Source: Candidatus Cloacimonadota bacterium (GTDB lineage: Bacteria; Cloacimonadota; Cloacimonadia; Cloacimonadales; GCA-2742885). Taken from it: 64,000 nucleotides of DNA. The stretch is taken from the NCBI GenBank assembly GCA_002742885.1, contig PDOO01000035.1, positions 1,211 through 65,210 of the forward strand, in the 5' to 3' direction. The notes below the pieces were generated by a model. It was not told where the DNA came from, did no database searches, and was given only the letters and a program-made list of their open reading frames with translations. The stretch's first letter is position 1. Each line of letters begins with the position of its first letter. A program made the position numbers and the translations under genes. Positions 18,591 to 28,609 of this stretch are shown piece after piece.

Positions 18591-20633
18591 TTATTTCAAA
18601 AGCATCATTTTTCCGGAATGAACGCTGTTGTCGGTTGATAATTTAATCAAGTAAACTCCGGATGTTACTTGGTTGCCATTAAAATCAAGACCGTCCCAAA
18701 CAACGCATTTATGACCTTTCTTCATTTTTTCATTTTTCAGGCTTCTTACTTTTTGTCCTTTTACGTTAAATATATCCAAAGAAACTCTGCTGTCTGAACT
18801 GAGATAGAATTTAATTTCAGTTTCGGCTCTGGATCCGGCAAAGAAAGGATTCGGGAAACTTCCCAAAAGTAAATTTTGATTTGCCTGAGAAATATTATTT
18901 TCGTTATCGGTAAAGCTTACGCTTGCTTCATGCCAGTTTTCATTCGGGCAAACATTCATATTGCCGGAACCGTCAAAGGCATAAATTCTGTAATAAAAAT
19001 TATCCGCGCTCTCGGTTGCAGTATCAAATTCTCCAGTCCAAACATCAGATCCTTCTTCGGTAAAAAATAAGGTATCCGGAGAATTTTCGTCATATTTGAA
19101 TTCCATATAAACAGAGTTTACGTCGAAATCGTCAGTTACTTCGGCAGTAAATATAACGGGAAGTTCATTTATATTCAGTTCGCTCAAAGGAGTATGATTG
19201 ATTACCGGAGGTTCGGTATCAGAATTTCCTTCTCCGAAAGTAAATCTATGAGGTCCGGGAGCTCCGATAAACGGATGATTTCCTGAGTTTCCGCCCATAT
19301 CGGCTCCGTGAATATAATATTCCACCTCGGTACTTCCGGGATAACCGGGGATTTCTGCCGTAAAATTATTGTTTTCCTGTCTTGTCATAACAATTGACTG
19401 GTAAGAAGTTTCTCCGACAATGCGATAAAAAACTTTTACGGAATCATCTGCAACTTCGGAACCGCTGTAAGCCAAGAAATCGGCTGAAAGTTCAACAGGC
19501 ATATTTGCCGGAGGTTCATCAGCTATCGGCATGTGATAAATGTAAAGCATATCGAAATCAGGAATTTCATGAGTACGACAATGAAGAGCATCCGTATTAT
19601 ACCAAGGAGTATAAGGATCTTCCATAACGCCTATAATTTCATAACCGGGCATGGCTTCTTCGTAAACATCCAAAGCTGCTGCATCGTTTGTATCGCCGGA
19701 AAGAGGAACCAAAACTTTATTATTGAGAATCAATGAATTTGTATAAGGATTGGTGTGGCTGAATCCGCCGGGAGTGAAAACACGATAAACTTTATAGGGA
19801 GTTCCCCAAGAGCTGTTCATATCGGCAAAAAAATCCGCCGCTTCTTCATAATCTTCATATCTGTAATCGCTTTCCGGAACCTGACCGATCAAAACTTTAT
19901 CAACATCAAGAAATTTTCCCCAACAGTCAATGTGTTTGATGTAATCATCAAGAGGATCCGGTCTCAAATAGTAATCATGCAATCCTAAATAAGCTTCATG
20001 AATTTCGGCAATTTGAGCTGCCGTGTAAGACGGGTTTTCTTCGTAAACCAAATCGGTTGAAGCTCCCACTCCTAATCCGTCGCACATAAAGTTGCCGCCT
20101 GTTTGCTGAACGTCCATACCGTAAACTGCGATAGTGTCGTAAGCTCCGTAGGCTATCGGAATATTATCGTCATTGGGACGAGGACGATTATAATGGAAGT
20201 TCACTATTCCCGGTTCATTGTTTCCGTCAAAAATAAACCAAGGCGAGTAATCTCTTGTCCATTGAGAATCGCTCGGAGCAATTAACCAACGACAATTATC
20301 CATATTAACGTTATGATTTTCATAAGAATTTATTGCTTGATTTTTTTCGCTTTCACTTGCAACTATCGTTACCAATATCACATCTTCGGCAAGTTCGCTT
20401 ATAAGCGAATAAGGAATTGCTTTATGAGTGTAATTAACTATAACGCCTTCCATTTTTTCAAATTCAGCAATTGCTCTGACCGGACCGACCGGCGGGTCAG
20501 TGGGTTCAAAAGGTCTGTCAAAAGCTTTGAATAAAGCTTGTTCATCCGGCGTAAGCCAATGCGGAAACGAAGATTGAGCCGCAAGATTAAAAACAAACAG
20601 ACCTGTAATTAATATCAGAAATAATCTTTTCAT
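18591..20633 (-). CDS. Secreted agmatine deiminase / Porphyromonas-type peptidyl-arginine deiminase family protein with a T9SS C-terminal sorting domain
   Basis: Signal peptide MKRLFLILITGLFVFNLAAQ. Deiminase-like blocks WTRDYSPWF, QTGGNFMCDGLG and the catalytic-Cys context TDALHCRTHE. Two beta-sandwich-like modules follow. CTD: FPNPF...LDIFNVKGQKV...SGVYLIKL...MMLLK. Confidence 0.75.
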   Translation of the reverse strand: MKRLFLILITGLFVFNLAAQSSFPHWLTPDEQALFKAFDRPFEPTDPPVGPVRAIAEFEKMEGVIVNYTHKAIPYSLISELAEDVILVTIVASESEKNQAINSYENHNVNMDNCRWLIAPSDSQWTRDYSPWFIFDGNNEPGIVNFHYNRPRPNDDNIPIAYGAYDTIAVYGMDVQQTGGNFMCDGLGVGASTDLVYEENPSYTAAQIAEIHEAYLGLHDYYLRPDPLDDYIKHIDCWGKFLDVDKVLIGQVPESDYRYEDYEEAADFFADMNSSWGTPYKVYRVFTPGGFSHTNPYTNSLILNNKVLVPLSGDTNDAAALDVYEEAMPGYEIIGVMEDPYTPWYNTDALHCRTHEIPDFDMLYIYHMPIADEPPANMPVELSADFLAYSGSEVADDSVKVFYRIVGETSYQSIVMTRQENNNFTAEIPGYPGSTEVEYYIHGADMGGNSGNHPFIGAPGPHRFTFGEGNSDTEPPVINHTPLSELNINELPVIFTAEVTDDFDVNSVYMEFKYDENSPDTLFFTEEGSDVWTGEFDTATESADNFYYRIYAFDGSGNMNVCPNENWHEASVSFTDNENNISQANQNLLLGSFPNPFFAGSRAETEIKFYLSSDSRVSLDIFNVKGQKVRSLKNEKMKKGHKCVVWDGLDFNGNQVTSGVYLIKLSTDNSVHSGKMMLLK

Positions 20634-20654
20634 AATTCCTCTCTTTTTTTTATG

Positions 20655-20756
20655 TTAACTTTTATTTTTCATCTGATTTGTATTTTTATATAAAATAAAT
20701 TGAACGGCAAGATTCAAAACAAAGATGCCGGCAATTAAAAGAAAAATTTTTTTCAT
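20655..20756 (-). CDS. Possible 33-aa hydrophobic peptide
   Basis: Manual translation: GGAGA, 5 nt, then ATG; MKKIFLLIAGIFVLNLAVQFILYKNTNQMKNKS*. One TM-like segment. It ends 21 nt upstream of the deiminase start. No homology evidence. Confidence 0.3.
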   Translation of the reverse strand: MKKIFLLIAGIFVLNLAVQFILYKNTNQMKNKS

Positions 20757-21139
20757 TATTTCTCCCTTATTTTCTCAATAAAGACAAAGATTTTTCGTAA
20801 TTATATTCGTCAACGAATTTTAAAGACAACGCCGTTATAATGAGAAATTTTATTTTTCCGGTTAATTTTCAATTGTTCCGTAATTCGGATATAAAATAAA
20901 TTTGAAAAACAATATCCAAAACAAACTTGCCTTCAATAAGCAATATTTTTTATTATTTTCATCTTATTTTTGCTAAAAAATAACTGTTCAGATTGTATTC
21001 TTCAAAAATAAAAAACACTTTTGCTGCATAGATAAAGGTTATTTTTACATCCCTTTTTATTCTAAAAAATAAAATTTTTACTTGCCCTGTCATTTGGATA
21101 AAAAAAAATAAACCTCAAATTGTTTTTAAAAGAGGAATC

Positions 21140-23230
21140 ATGGCAACTGCAATAAAAAATATCCGCAATATAGGCATTATGGCTCATATTGATGCCGGTA
21201 AAACCACGACAACGGAAAGGATCCTTTACTATACGGGATTTCTTCACAGAATGGGAGAAGTTCATGACGGAAATGCGTTTATGGACTGGATGGAACAAGA
21301 AAAAGAACGGGGCATAACAATTACGTCCGCCGTTACCACATGTTTTTGGAAAAACTGTCAAATTAATATTATAGATACTCCCGGACACGTTGATTTTACG
21401 GCGGAAGTAGAACGTTCGTTGCGAGTATTGGACGGAGCCGTGGGAGTCTTTTGCGCCGTAGGAGGAGTAGAACCTCAATCCGAAACCGTATGGCATCAGG
21501 CAGATAAATATAATGTTCCCAGAATTGCTTTTATTAACAAAATGGACAGATCCGGAGCCGATTTCGAAAATGTAATCGACATGATTCATAATCGTCTCAC
21601 CGAAAATGCAGTTCCTGTCCAACTTCCAATAGGAAAAGAAGACAATTTTGAAGGTGTTGTCGATTTGATAAAGATGAAAGCTTATTATTTCGACGTAAAA
21701 TCTCTGGGTATAAATTTTTTGGAAAAAGAAATTCCGGAGTCGCTGCAAACCGATGCCGAGGTTTACAGAGAACATCTCTTGGAAAAACTTTCCGAAACCG
21801 ATGACGAATTCCTGGAACTCCTCCTTGAAGAACAGGAAATTACCGAACAATTAATTATAAAAGCAATACGCAGATCGGTAATTAATTGTGATTTTGTTCC
21901 TATTATGTGCGGTTCTTCTCTCAAAAACACGGGTATTCAACCTTTGCTCGATGCCATAACTTATTATTTGCCGGCTCCGACGGATATTCAGTCGACTGTT
22001 GCTCACAAAACAGAAACAGACGAAGAAATAGAAATAATAAACGATGTTAATCTTGATTTCTCTGCTCTTGTCTTTAAAGTACAGATAGATAAATTTTTCG
22101 GTAAACTTATTTATATCAGAGTTTATTCCGGACAATTGAAAAAAGGCGAAACGGTAAAAAACAGAACCAACGGCAAAAAAGAAAAAATAAATCGGATTTT
22201 GCAAATGCAGTCAAACAGAAAAAACGACATACAAAATTTGCGAGCGGGAGACATTGCAGCCATTGTCGGTCCGAAATTTACCAAAACAGCCGATACTCTT
22301 TCAGCGCCGGATTTCGATATCAGATTATCAAAAATAAAGTTCCCGGACAGCGTTATTTCCATTGCCATTGAACCTAAAACAAAAGCAGACGAGGAAAAAC
22401 TGAATATCGGTTTGCAAAAATTAGAAGAAGAAGATCCTACTTTCCGAGTTCATAATAATAAAGAAACCGGTCAAATGCTTATATCGGGCATGGGAGAACT
22501 TCATTTGGAAATAATTGTGGACAGGCTGAAAAGAGAATTTAACGTAACGGCAAACGTCGGTAACCCGCAAGTTTCTTACAAAGAAACAGTTTTAACATCT
22601 CATACCGAATCCGGAGAATTTATCAGAGAGACCGAAGGAAAAGGACATTTTGCTAAATTGCGCTTAAACGTATCGCCTTTATCTCCGGAAGAAATGCCGG
22701 AATCCGGCAAAAATCTTTTTATCAACGAATTGCCGGAAGGAGCATTGCCGGACGAATATTTGGAAGCAATAGAAGACGGAGCATTAAATTCGTGTATGGA
22801 CGGTCCGATTATGAGCTGTCCGGCGGAAAGGATAAAAATAAAATTAGTCGGAGCCGAAGCCGACGAAGTTTCCTCCGATGAGACAGCTTTCAGAATTGCC
22901 GCATCCATGGCAATGGGAAAAGCTCTTATAAATGCAACGCCGACTCTTATGGAACCTCTTATGAAAGTCAGCATCATTACTCCGGAAGAATTTGTCGGAG
23001 ACATTATAGGAGACATAAATTCTAAAAGAGGTCAAGTTGACATTGTTCGTCCGCAAGGATTGAAGCAGGAAATTGTTGCCAATGTTCCTCTCAGCGAATT
23101 ATTCGGCTATTCTACAAAACTGCGTTCAATTTCTCAGGGAAGAGCCATTTACACAATGGAATTTTTTGACTATAAAGTTGTTCCGGCCAATATCCAGGAC
23201 TCTATATTAAAAAAAATCAGAGGATACTAA
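21140..23230 (+). CDS. fusA: Translation elongation factor G
   Basis: G1 [10 protein letters not shown]3 DTPGHVDF, G4 NKMD. 696 aa with full five-domain length. AGAGGA SD. Confidence 0.93.
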   Translation: MATAIKNIRNIGIMAHIDAGKTTTTERILYYTGFLHRMGEVHDGNAFMDWMEQEKERGITITSAVTTCFWKNCQINIIDTPGHVDFTAEVERSLRVLDGAVGVFCAVGGVEPQSETVWHQADKYNVPRIAFINKMDRSGADFENVIDMIHNRLTENAVPVQLPIGKEDNFEGVVDLIKMKAYYFDVKSLGINFLEKEIPESLQTDAEVYREHLLEKLSETDDEFLELLLEEQEITEQLIIKAIRRSVINCDFVPIMCGSSLKNTGIQPLLDAITYYLPAPTDIQSTVAHKTETDEEIEIINDVNLDFSALVFKVQIDKFFGKLIYIRVYSGQLKKGETVKNRTNGKKEKINRILQMQSNRKNDIQNLRAGDIAAIVGPKFTKTADTLSAPDFDIRLSKIKFPDSVISIAIEPKTKADEEKLNIGLQKLEEEDPTFRVHNNKETGQMLISGMGELHLEIIVDRLKREFNVTANVGNPQVSYKETVLTSHTESGEFIRETEGKGHFAKLRLNVSPLSPEEMPESGKNLFINELPEGALPDEYLEAIEDGALNSCMDGPIMSCPAERIKIKLVGAEADEVSSDETAFRIAASMAMGKALINATPTLMEPLMKVSIITPEEFVGDIIGDINSKRGQVDIVRPQGLKQEIVANVPLSELFGYSTKLRSISQGRAIYTMEFFDYKVVPANIQDSILKKIRGY

Positions 23231-23242
23231 AAGGGAGATATT

Positions 23243-23548
23243 GTGAAAATAGATTTAAGTTATAAAAACGAAACGGCTCACATAGAAATAGAAGGAGCCG
23301 TTACCAGCGAAAATATTTCATTGTTTGAAGAAAAACTGACGGAAATTTTAGACACGGAATCAAAATTTTTGGAATTGGATTTATCTTTATGTCGCAATAT
23401 CAGCAGCTCCGGCATAGGAAAACTTTTAATTTTCTATAAGGAATTTTTAAAGAGAAACGGCGAAATGGAAGTTGTAAAATCTTCGGAAACATTATATGAT
23501 TTATTTACAACCATTAAATTGGATCAGCTTTTTACGGTAAATTTATAG
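23243..23548 (+). CDS. STAS-domain anti-sigma-factor antagonist
   Basis: 101 aa. ...LELDLSLCRNISSSGIGKLL matches the D.S....DSSG phosphorylatable-Ser block. GTG start 12 nt after fusA. Confidence 0.75.
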   Translation: MKIDLSYKNETAHIEIEGAVTSENISLFEEKLTEILDTESKFLELDLSLCRNISSSGIGKLLIFYKEFLKRNGEMEVVKSSETLYDLFTTIKLDQLFTVNL

Positions 23549-23552
23549 AGTT

Positions 23553-24449
23553 ATGAATAAAATTTTGATAGTTGACGACAATGTTGAACTGCTGGAAACT
23601 TTTTCCGAAATTTTAGAAAAATCCGGCTATGAAACAGATACTTATTCTTCAGCTCGCAAAGCTCTGCATCAAGTAAACCAAAAAGAATACGATTTAATAA
23701 TAAGCGATATAAACATGCCGTTGATCAGCGGAATAGAATTATTGAATCGCATAAGGAATACTGTAAGTTACACAATTCCCGTAATTCTTATGACCGGAGA
23801 AATAACAACGGATTATGCCATACAAGCCATAAAATCCGGAGCTTCCGATTTTATTCCGAAACCGATTGATACTGATGCATTGCTTAAATCCGTGGAGTTT
23901 AATATCAGAAGCAACAAACAAAAATATCTCAAAATTGATTTGAAGAACATGATAAGCGATGTTTGTATCGAATACAGAATCAAACCTTCCGATTTTTTGA
24001 AAAAAAATTTTCCGGGAAACATAATAAACCATATCAATCAAATGCTGGATATGCCGGGGAATATATTTAATACAGTTCAGTTTTGTATAGATGAAATGCT
24101 GCAAAACGCTTTTATTCACGGGACATTAAACCTTTCAATTGAAGAAAGATCATTGAAACAGCATGAATATATTGAAATGATCAAGAAAAAGCTCGAAGAC
24201 AAAAATACGGCAAACTCTGAAATAAAAATGAATTACAGGCTAAATACAGGGAATAAATCCATTGAAATTTCAGTTTGGGATAAAGGGAAAGGATTCAATT
24301 TTGAAGAACATTTATCAGACGATGCGGAATGCAAAATTGATTTTTCTCCGTCTGGTCGAGGTCTTTCCATTATAAAAGCTCTTGCCGATTCGTTAAAATT
24401 TGAAGACAGCGGACGAAAAATCACCGTTACCAAATCATACGAAAAATAA
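23553..24449 (+). CDS. Response-regulator receiver fused to an RsbW/SpoIIAB-like anti-sigma Ser kinase (HATPase) domain
   Basis: REC domain: ILIVDDN, LIISDINMP, LMTG, IPKP. HATPase domain: N-box EMLQNAFIHG, G1 DKGKGF, G2 SGRGLSIIKALA. Confidence 0.75.
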   Translation: MNKILIVDDNVELLETFSEILEKSGYETDTYSSARKALHQVNQKEYDLIISDINMPLISGIELLNRIRNTVSYTIPVILMTGEITTDYAIQAIKSGASDFIPKPIDTDALLKSVEFNIRSNKQKYLKIDLKNMISDVCIEYRIKPSDFLKKNFPGNIINHINQMLDMPGNIFNTVQFCIDEMLQNAFIHGTLNLSIEERSLKQHEYIEMIKKKLEDKNTANSEIKMNYRLNTGNKSIEISVWDKGKGFNFEEHLSDDAECKIDFSPSGRGLSIIKALADSLKFEDSGRKITVTKSYEK

Positions 24450-25285
24450 TGAAAACATGGACTCTGTTAGATGTCCTGGAATGGACAACTGTTTTTTTTA
24501 AAGAAAGAAATATACCGTCGCCCCGAGTTGATGCCGAATGGATATTGGCTCATGTTTTTAAAATTAAAAGATTGGAAATTTATTTGCGATATGCCCAACC
24601 TTTGTCAAAAGAGGAATTGGTTGTTATCAGAAATCTTGTAATAAGACGGGCAAACCGGGAACCGTTACAATATATTATGGGAGAAACAAATTTTTACGGG
24701 TACAATTTTCAACTTAACGAAAGTGTTTTGATTCCCCGTCCCGAAACGGAATTTCTGGTTGAAAGAATTATAAAAGAAAATAAAGATAAAATATCTTTTT
24801 TAGATATAGGAACAGGTTCCGGAGCTGTTTCCGTTACTCTGGCTAAAGAACTGCCGGGAAGCAGAGTAACAGCTCTTGATATATCTGCCGAAGCTTTGGA
24901 AACGGCAAAAAAAAATGCTGAATTAAACGGAGCCGAAATTAATTTTTTGTCGGGCGATATTTTTCCCGACGAGAAAACACGGTTTGACGTGATTGTCTCC
25001 AATCCTCCTTATATCTCAAATAAAGACTACGAAAACCTTGAACCCGAAATAAAACGTTACGAACCGAAATCGGCGCTGGTTGCCGAAGAAAACGGTTTGT
25101 TTTTTTATAAAAAGATATTGGAAAAAGCAGAAGATTACCTTAACGAAAAAGGTATAATTTATTTTGAAATCGGTGAAAATCAAGCAAAAGAGATAAGAAA
25201 AGAAGCTGTTAAAAACGGATTTTCTTTTTGCGAAACATACCCTGATTTAAACGGCTTCGACCGTTATATGAAAATTATGAAATAA
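24449..25285 (+). CDS. prmC: Peptide chain release factor N5-glutamine methyltransferase PrmC
   Basis: SAM motif LDIGTGSG and catalytic SNPPYI. Its start overlaps the preceding stop. Confidence 0.9.
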   Translation: MKTWTLLDVLEWTTVFFKERNIPSPRVDAEWILAHVFKIKRLEIYLRYAQPLSKEELVVIRNLVIRRANREPLQYIMGETNFYGYNFQLNESVLIPRPETEFLVERIIKENKDKISFLDIGTGSGAVSVTLAKELPGSRVTALDISAEALETAKKNAELNGAEINFLSGDIFPDEKTRFDVIVSNPPYISNKDYENLEPEIKRYEPKSALVAEENGLFFYKKILEKAEDYLNEKGIIYFEIGENQAKEIRKEAVKNGFSFCETYPDLNGFDRYMKIMK

Positions 25286-25295
25286 GAAGGAAATA

Positions 25296-26555
25296 ATGGA
25301 TAAATTAATTATTACCGGCGGAAAAAAATTGAGCGGAGACATTGAAGTAAGCGGAGCCAAAAATGCAATTTTGCCGATTATGGCTGCGACTCTTCTTACA
25401 GACGGCATTTCCAAACTGAAAAACGTGCCTTTCTTAAACGATATAAAAATGATGGCTCATTTGCTCAGAATTACGGGAGCAAGAGTTCAACACAATTCAA
25501 ACAGAGAAATGATCATAGACACGAGAGATATTTGTTTTTTTGAAGCTCCTTACGAATTAGTCAGCAAGATGCGAGCATCCGTTTATGTCTTGGGACCGCT
25601 TTTGGCAAGATTCAAACAAGCAAAAGTATCATTTCCGGGCGGATGCGCCATAGGCGCCAGACCGGTTGACCTTCATATTGCCGCCATGAAAAAACTCGGA
25701 GCTGAAATAGAATTAAAAAAAGGCTATATCAACGCTTCCGCACCCTCCGGACTTAAAGGAAATAATGTTTTTTTTGAAAAATCCAGTGTCGGAGCAACTT
25801 GCAATGCCCTTAATGCAGCAGCGCTTGCCGAAGGAAAAACAATTATTCAAAATGCGGCAACCGAACCTGAAATCGACAGTTTGATAGATTTTCTTATCGC
25901 CTGCGGAGCTTCAATATCCGGAAAAGGAACAAAAACTATTGAAATAACAGGCGTTAAAAAACTTAAACCTGCCGCAATGAGGATGATGCCCGACAGAATA
26001 GAAGCGGGAACTTTTCTTATTGCCGGAGCTGTAACAAAGTCTGAATTATGCGTAAAAAACTGTATCCCGGAACATCTCAGTTCACTTACCGAAAAATTGA
26101 AGGAATGCGGATACAATTTAGAAACAGGAAAAGATTTTATAAAAATAAAGTCCGATAAACCCGGTAAAGCCGCTTCAATAAAAACCTTGCCTTATCCCGG
26201 ATTTCCTACTGACCTGCAAGCCCAGTTTATGGCTTTGATGAGCGTTTCCGAAGGTGATTCCGTCATAGAAGAAACTATTTTCCCCGACAGATTCATGCAT
26301 GTTGCAGAGTTAAACAGATTGGATGCCGACATTACGACAGATCGTAATATTGCCGTTGTCAAAGGAGTAAAAAAATTGAGCGGAGCAGAAGTTATGGCAA
26401 CGGATCTGAGAGCAAGCGCCGCCTTAGTTATCGCCGGACTTGCCGCCGAAGGACAAACCGTCATATCCAGAATTTATCACATTGACCGCGGGTATGAAAA
26501 AATAGAAAAAAAATTGAGCTCAGCAGGCGCAGACATAAAAAGGATTAACGGCTGA
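25296..26555 (+). CDS. murA: UDP-N-acetylglucosamine 1-carboxyvinyltransferase MurA
   Basis: SGAKNA N-terminal motif, catalytic Cys in FPGGCAIGARPVDLH, and HIDRGYE at the C-terminus. Confidence 0.95.
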   Translation: MDKLIITGGKKLSGDIEVSGAKNAILPIMAATLLTDGISKLKNVPFLNDIKMMAHLLRITGARVQHNSNREMIIDTRDICFFEAPYELVSKMRASVYVLGPLLARFKQAKVSFPGGCAIGARPVDLHIAAMKKLGAEIELKKGYINASAPSGLKGNNVFFEKSSVGATCNALNAAALAEGKTIIQNAATEPEIDSLIDFLIACGASISGKGTKTIEITGVKKLKPAAMRMMPDRIEAGTFLIAGAVTKSELCVKNCIPEHLSSLTEKLKECGYNLETGKDFIKIKSDKPGKAASIKTLPYPGFPTDLQAQFMALMSVSEGDSVIEETIFPDRFMHVAELNRLDADITTDRNIAVVKGVKKLSGAEVMATDLRASAALVIAGLAAEGQTVISRIYHIDRGYEKIEKKLSSAGADIKRING

Positions 26556-27601
26556 TGAAAGTCGCAGTCGCTTTGAGCGGAGGAGTTGACAGCTCCGCAG
26601 CTTTGGTTTTGGCTCTAAGAAAATATTCCGATGTTATTGCGGTTACCATGCGTACATTTGACAATGCAAAATACGGATTTGAAGAAAATGAAGGACCTGA
26701 TAAAGCTATAGAGGATGCAGCAAAAGTTTGCAGGAAATTAAACGTCAGACATCACATAACAGACGTATCTTCCGAATTTGAAAAATACGTTGTTTCAGAT
26801 TTTATAGAAAAATACTCCTCCGGAGAAACTCCTAATCCCTGCACTTTGTGTAACCCGACCATTAAATGGGGAACTTTACTTGATAAAATAAAATCTCTCG
26901 GAGCGGAAAAAATAATTACCGGACATTACGCCGAAATTAAAAATATAAACGGGAAATATCGAATATTTAGAGGAAAAGATACGAGAAGAGATCAAACTTA
27001 CATGCTTTGGGGACTTTCTCCCGAACAACTTTCTTTTACCTCTTTCCCTCTGGCTTTAATGAATAAATCCGATATTCGAAAAATTGCCGAAGAAGCAGGA
27101 CTTCACATCGCCTCTAAAGGCGACAGTCAAGATATCTGTTTTATCAAAGACAATTACGAAAACTTTTTAAGAAATAAGACTGAAATTAAACCGGGAAATA
27201 TTATTTTCACGGACGGTAAAATTATAGGAAAACACAGAGGTCTGCCGTTTTATACCGTCGGACAGCGTAAAGGTTTAGGTCTGGGTTGGAGTTCTCCTCT
27301 ATATGTAATGAATCTCGACACAGAAAAAAATAATTTAATTGTTACCGACGATAAAGATAAATTAAAAAAACATTTTTTTTACATAAACAAAGTTAATTGG
27401 CTGACGGGAGAAGCTCCGAAGATTGATAAACTTTCGGTAAAAATACGTTATAAAAGCACTTCGTCTCCTGTTAAATCTTTACGCTTTTTTCCCGATAAAA
27501 TGCGAGTGGATTTAGCTGAACCGGCAACCTCCGTTGCCAAAGGTCAGTCTGCCGTTTTTTACAGAGAAGACGAATTACTCGGGGGCGGAATAATTTTATA
27601 A
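26555..27601 (+). CDS. mnmA: tRNA 2-thiouridine(34) synthase MnmA
   Basis: PP-loop ALSGGVDSS, NPCTLCN, and DQTYMLW. Confidence 0.93.
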   Translation: MKVAVALSGGVDSSAALVLALRKYSDVIAVTMRTFDNAKYGFEENEGPDKAIEDAAKVCRKLNVRHHITDVSSEFEKYVVSDFIEKYSSGETPNPCTLCNPTIKWGTLLDKIKSLGAEKIITGHYAEIKNINGKYRIFRGKDTRRDQTYMLWGLSPEQLSFTSFPLALMNKSDIRKIAEEAGLHIASKGDSQDICFIKDNYENFLRNKTEIKPGNIIFTDGKIIGKHRGLPFYTVGQRKGLGLGWSSPLYVMNLDTEKNNLIVTDDKDKLKKHFFYINKVNWLTGEAPKIDKLSVKIRYKSTSSPVKSLRFFPDKMRVDLAEPATSVAKGQSAVFYREDELLGGGIIL

Positions 27602-27626
27602 AATAAATTTTCCTTAGGAGTAAAAA

Positions 27627-28517
27627 ATGTCTTCTTTATTGAAAAAGTACATGGGTCTTTTGCTTTTGGGAGCATTGGCATTCGGTTATATTTTACCGTC
27701 AATTTCCGTTTTAAAACCTTTTTTGCCTTATACTTTAATTACCATGCTTTTTTTCAGCTTTTTAAAGCTGAAGCTTAACATAAAATATTTTTTGCGTCCT
27801 CAATTGGCTTTTTATCCTTTTGTCGTTTGGCTGATTGTCCCCGCAACAACAATTTTTTTTACTCGAAATTTGGATTCGGCTTACGCAACAGGTTTGTTCT
27901 TTACGGCAATTACTCCGTCCGCTTTAGGTTCCCCGGTAGTAATTTCTCTTTTAAACGGCGACCGAGAATTAAATATTTCTTTTGTCGTTTTGTTTAATTT
28001 AGCAGCTCCTCTGACCTATGCTCTGCTTCCTCTTTTGATGCTAAAAGGTCAGAACTCGGTAAATGTTCCCACAACGGCAATAATGTCTAAAGTTGCATTT
28101 ATCGTGTTTTTGCCGCTTCTGCTTGCTTCGGCGGTTCGTAAATTCAAAAAACTTACCGACGCTATAAACAAAAAATCCGGTAACGCAAATGCATTGATTA
28201 TGCTTGCAACAGTGGCAATTGCCGTAGCTGCTTCCGCAAACAGAATAAAATCTGCCGAAGCTGCCGTTATATTTAAACTTTTTTCTCTTACTTTCGGAAT
28301 GGCAATTATGAATTACGGATTAGGTTTTATCGCTTCAGTTAAAAACAATAAGTTATACAGAACTTTGCCGGTTGTTTTCGGGCATAAAAATACAGTTTTG
28401 TCCATTTTGGTTTGCATTTCAAATTTTTCGGATGAAGCCGCTGTACCTGCCGTTTTTTATCTTATTTCTCATCATATACTTAATGCGGCAATGCTTCATC
28501 TCTTTCCGGCAAAATAA
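27627..28517 (+). CDS. Bile acid:sodium symporter (BASS/SBF-like) family transporter
   Basis: 296 aa and polytopic. SBF-like pattern recalled from memory (...FFTAITPSALGSPVV...). No decisive motif. Confidence 0.55.
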   Translation: MSSLLKKYMGLLLLGALAFGYILPSISVLKPFLPYTLITMLFFSFLKLKLNIKYFLRPQLAFYPFVVWLIVPATTIFFTRNLDSAYATGLFFTAITPSALGSPVVISLLNGDRELNISFVVLFNLAAPLTYALLPLLMLKGQNSVNVPTTAIMSKVAFIVFLPLLLASAVRKFKKLTDAINKKSGNANALIMLATVAIAVAASANRIKSAEAAVIFKLFSLTFGMAIMNYGLGFIASVKNNKLYRTLPVVFGHKNTVLSILVCISNFSDEAAVPAVFYLISHHILNAAMLHLFPAK

Positions 28518-28558
28518 AAAACAAACTGAATTTTATATCTGAAAATCCTCGCAGCGTT

Positions 28559-28585
28559 AAAAAAAAAGCTCCTCAAAAGAGGAGC
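28559..28585 (-). terminator. Rho-independent terminator of purL
   Basis: GCTCCTC-AAAA-GAGGAGC, preceded on the plus strand by nine A. That is a T-run after the stem on the minus strand. Confidence 0.8.
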
Positions 28586-28609
28586 CGATTCTTAATTAAA
28601 GCAATTGTT

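Noticed and set aside
21062-21850. 262-aa ORF antisense to the 5' part of fusA
   Set aside because: It overlaps a clearly genuine EF-G gene on the opposite strand. Its composition is low-complexity and rich in F, I and N. It has no motif and no SD. It is a typical shadow ORF.
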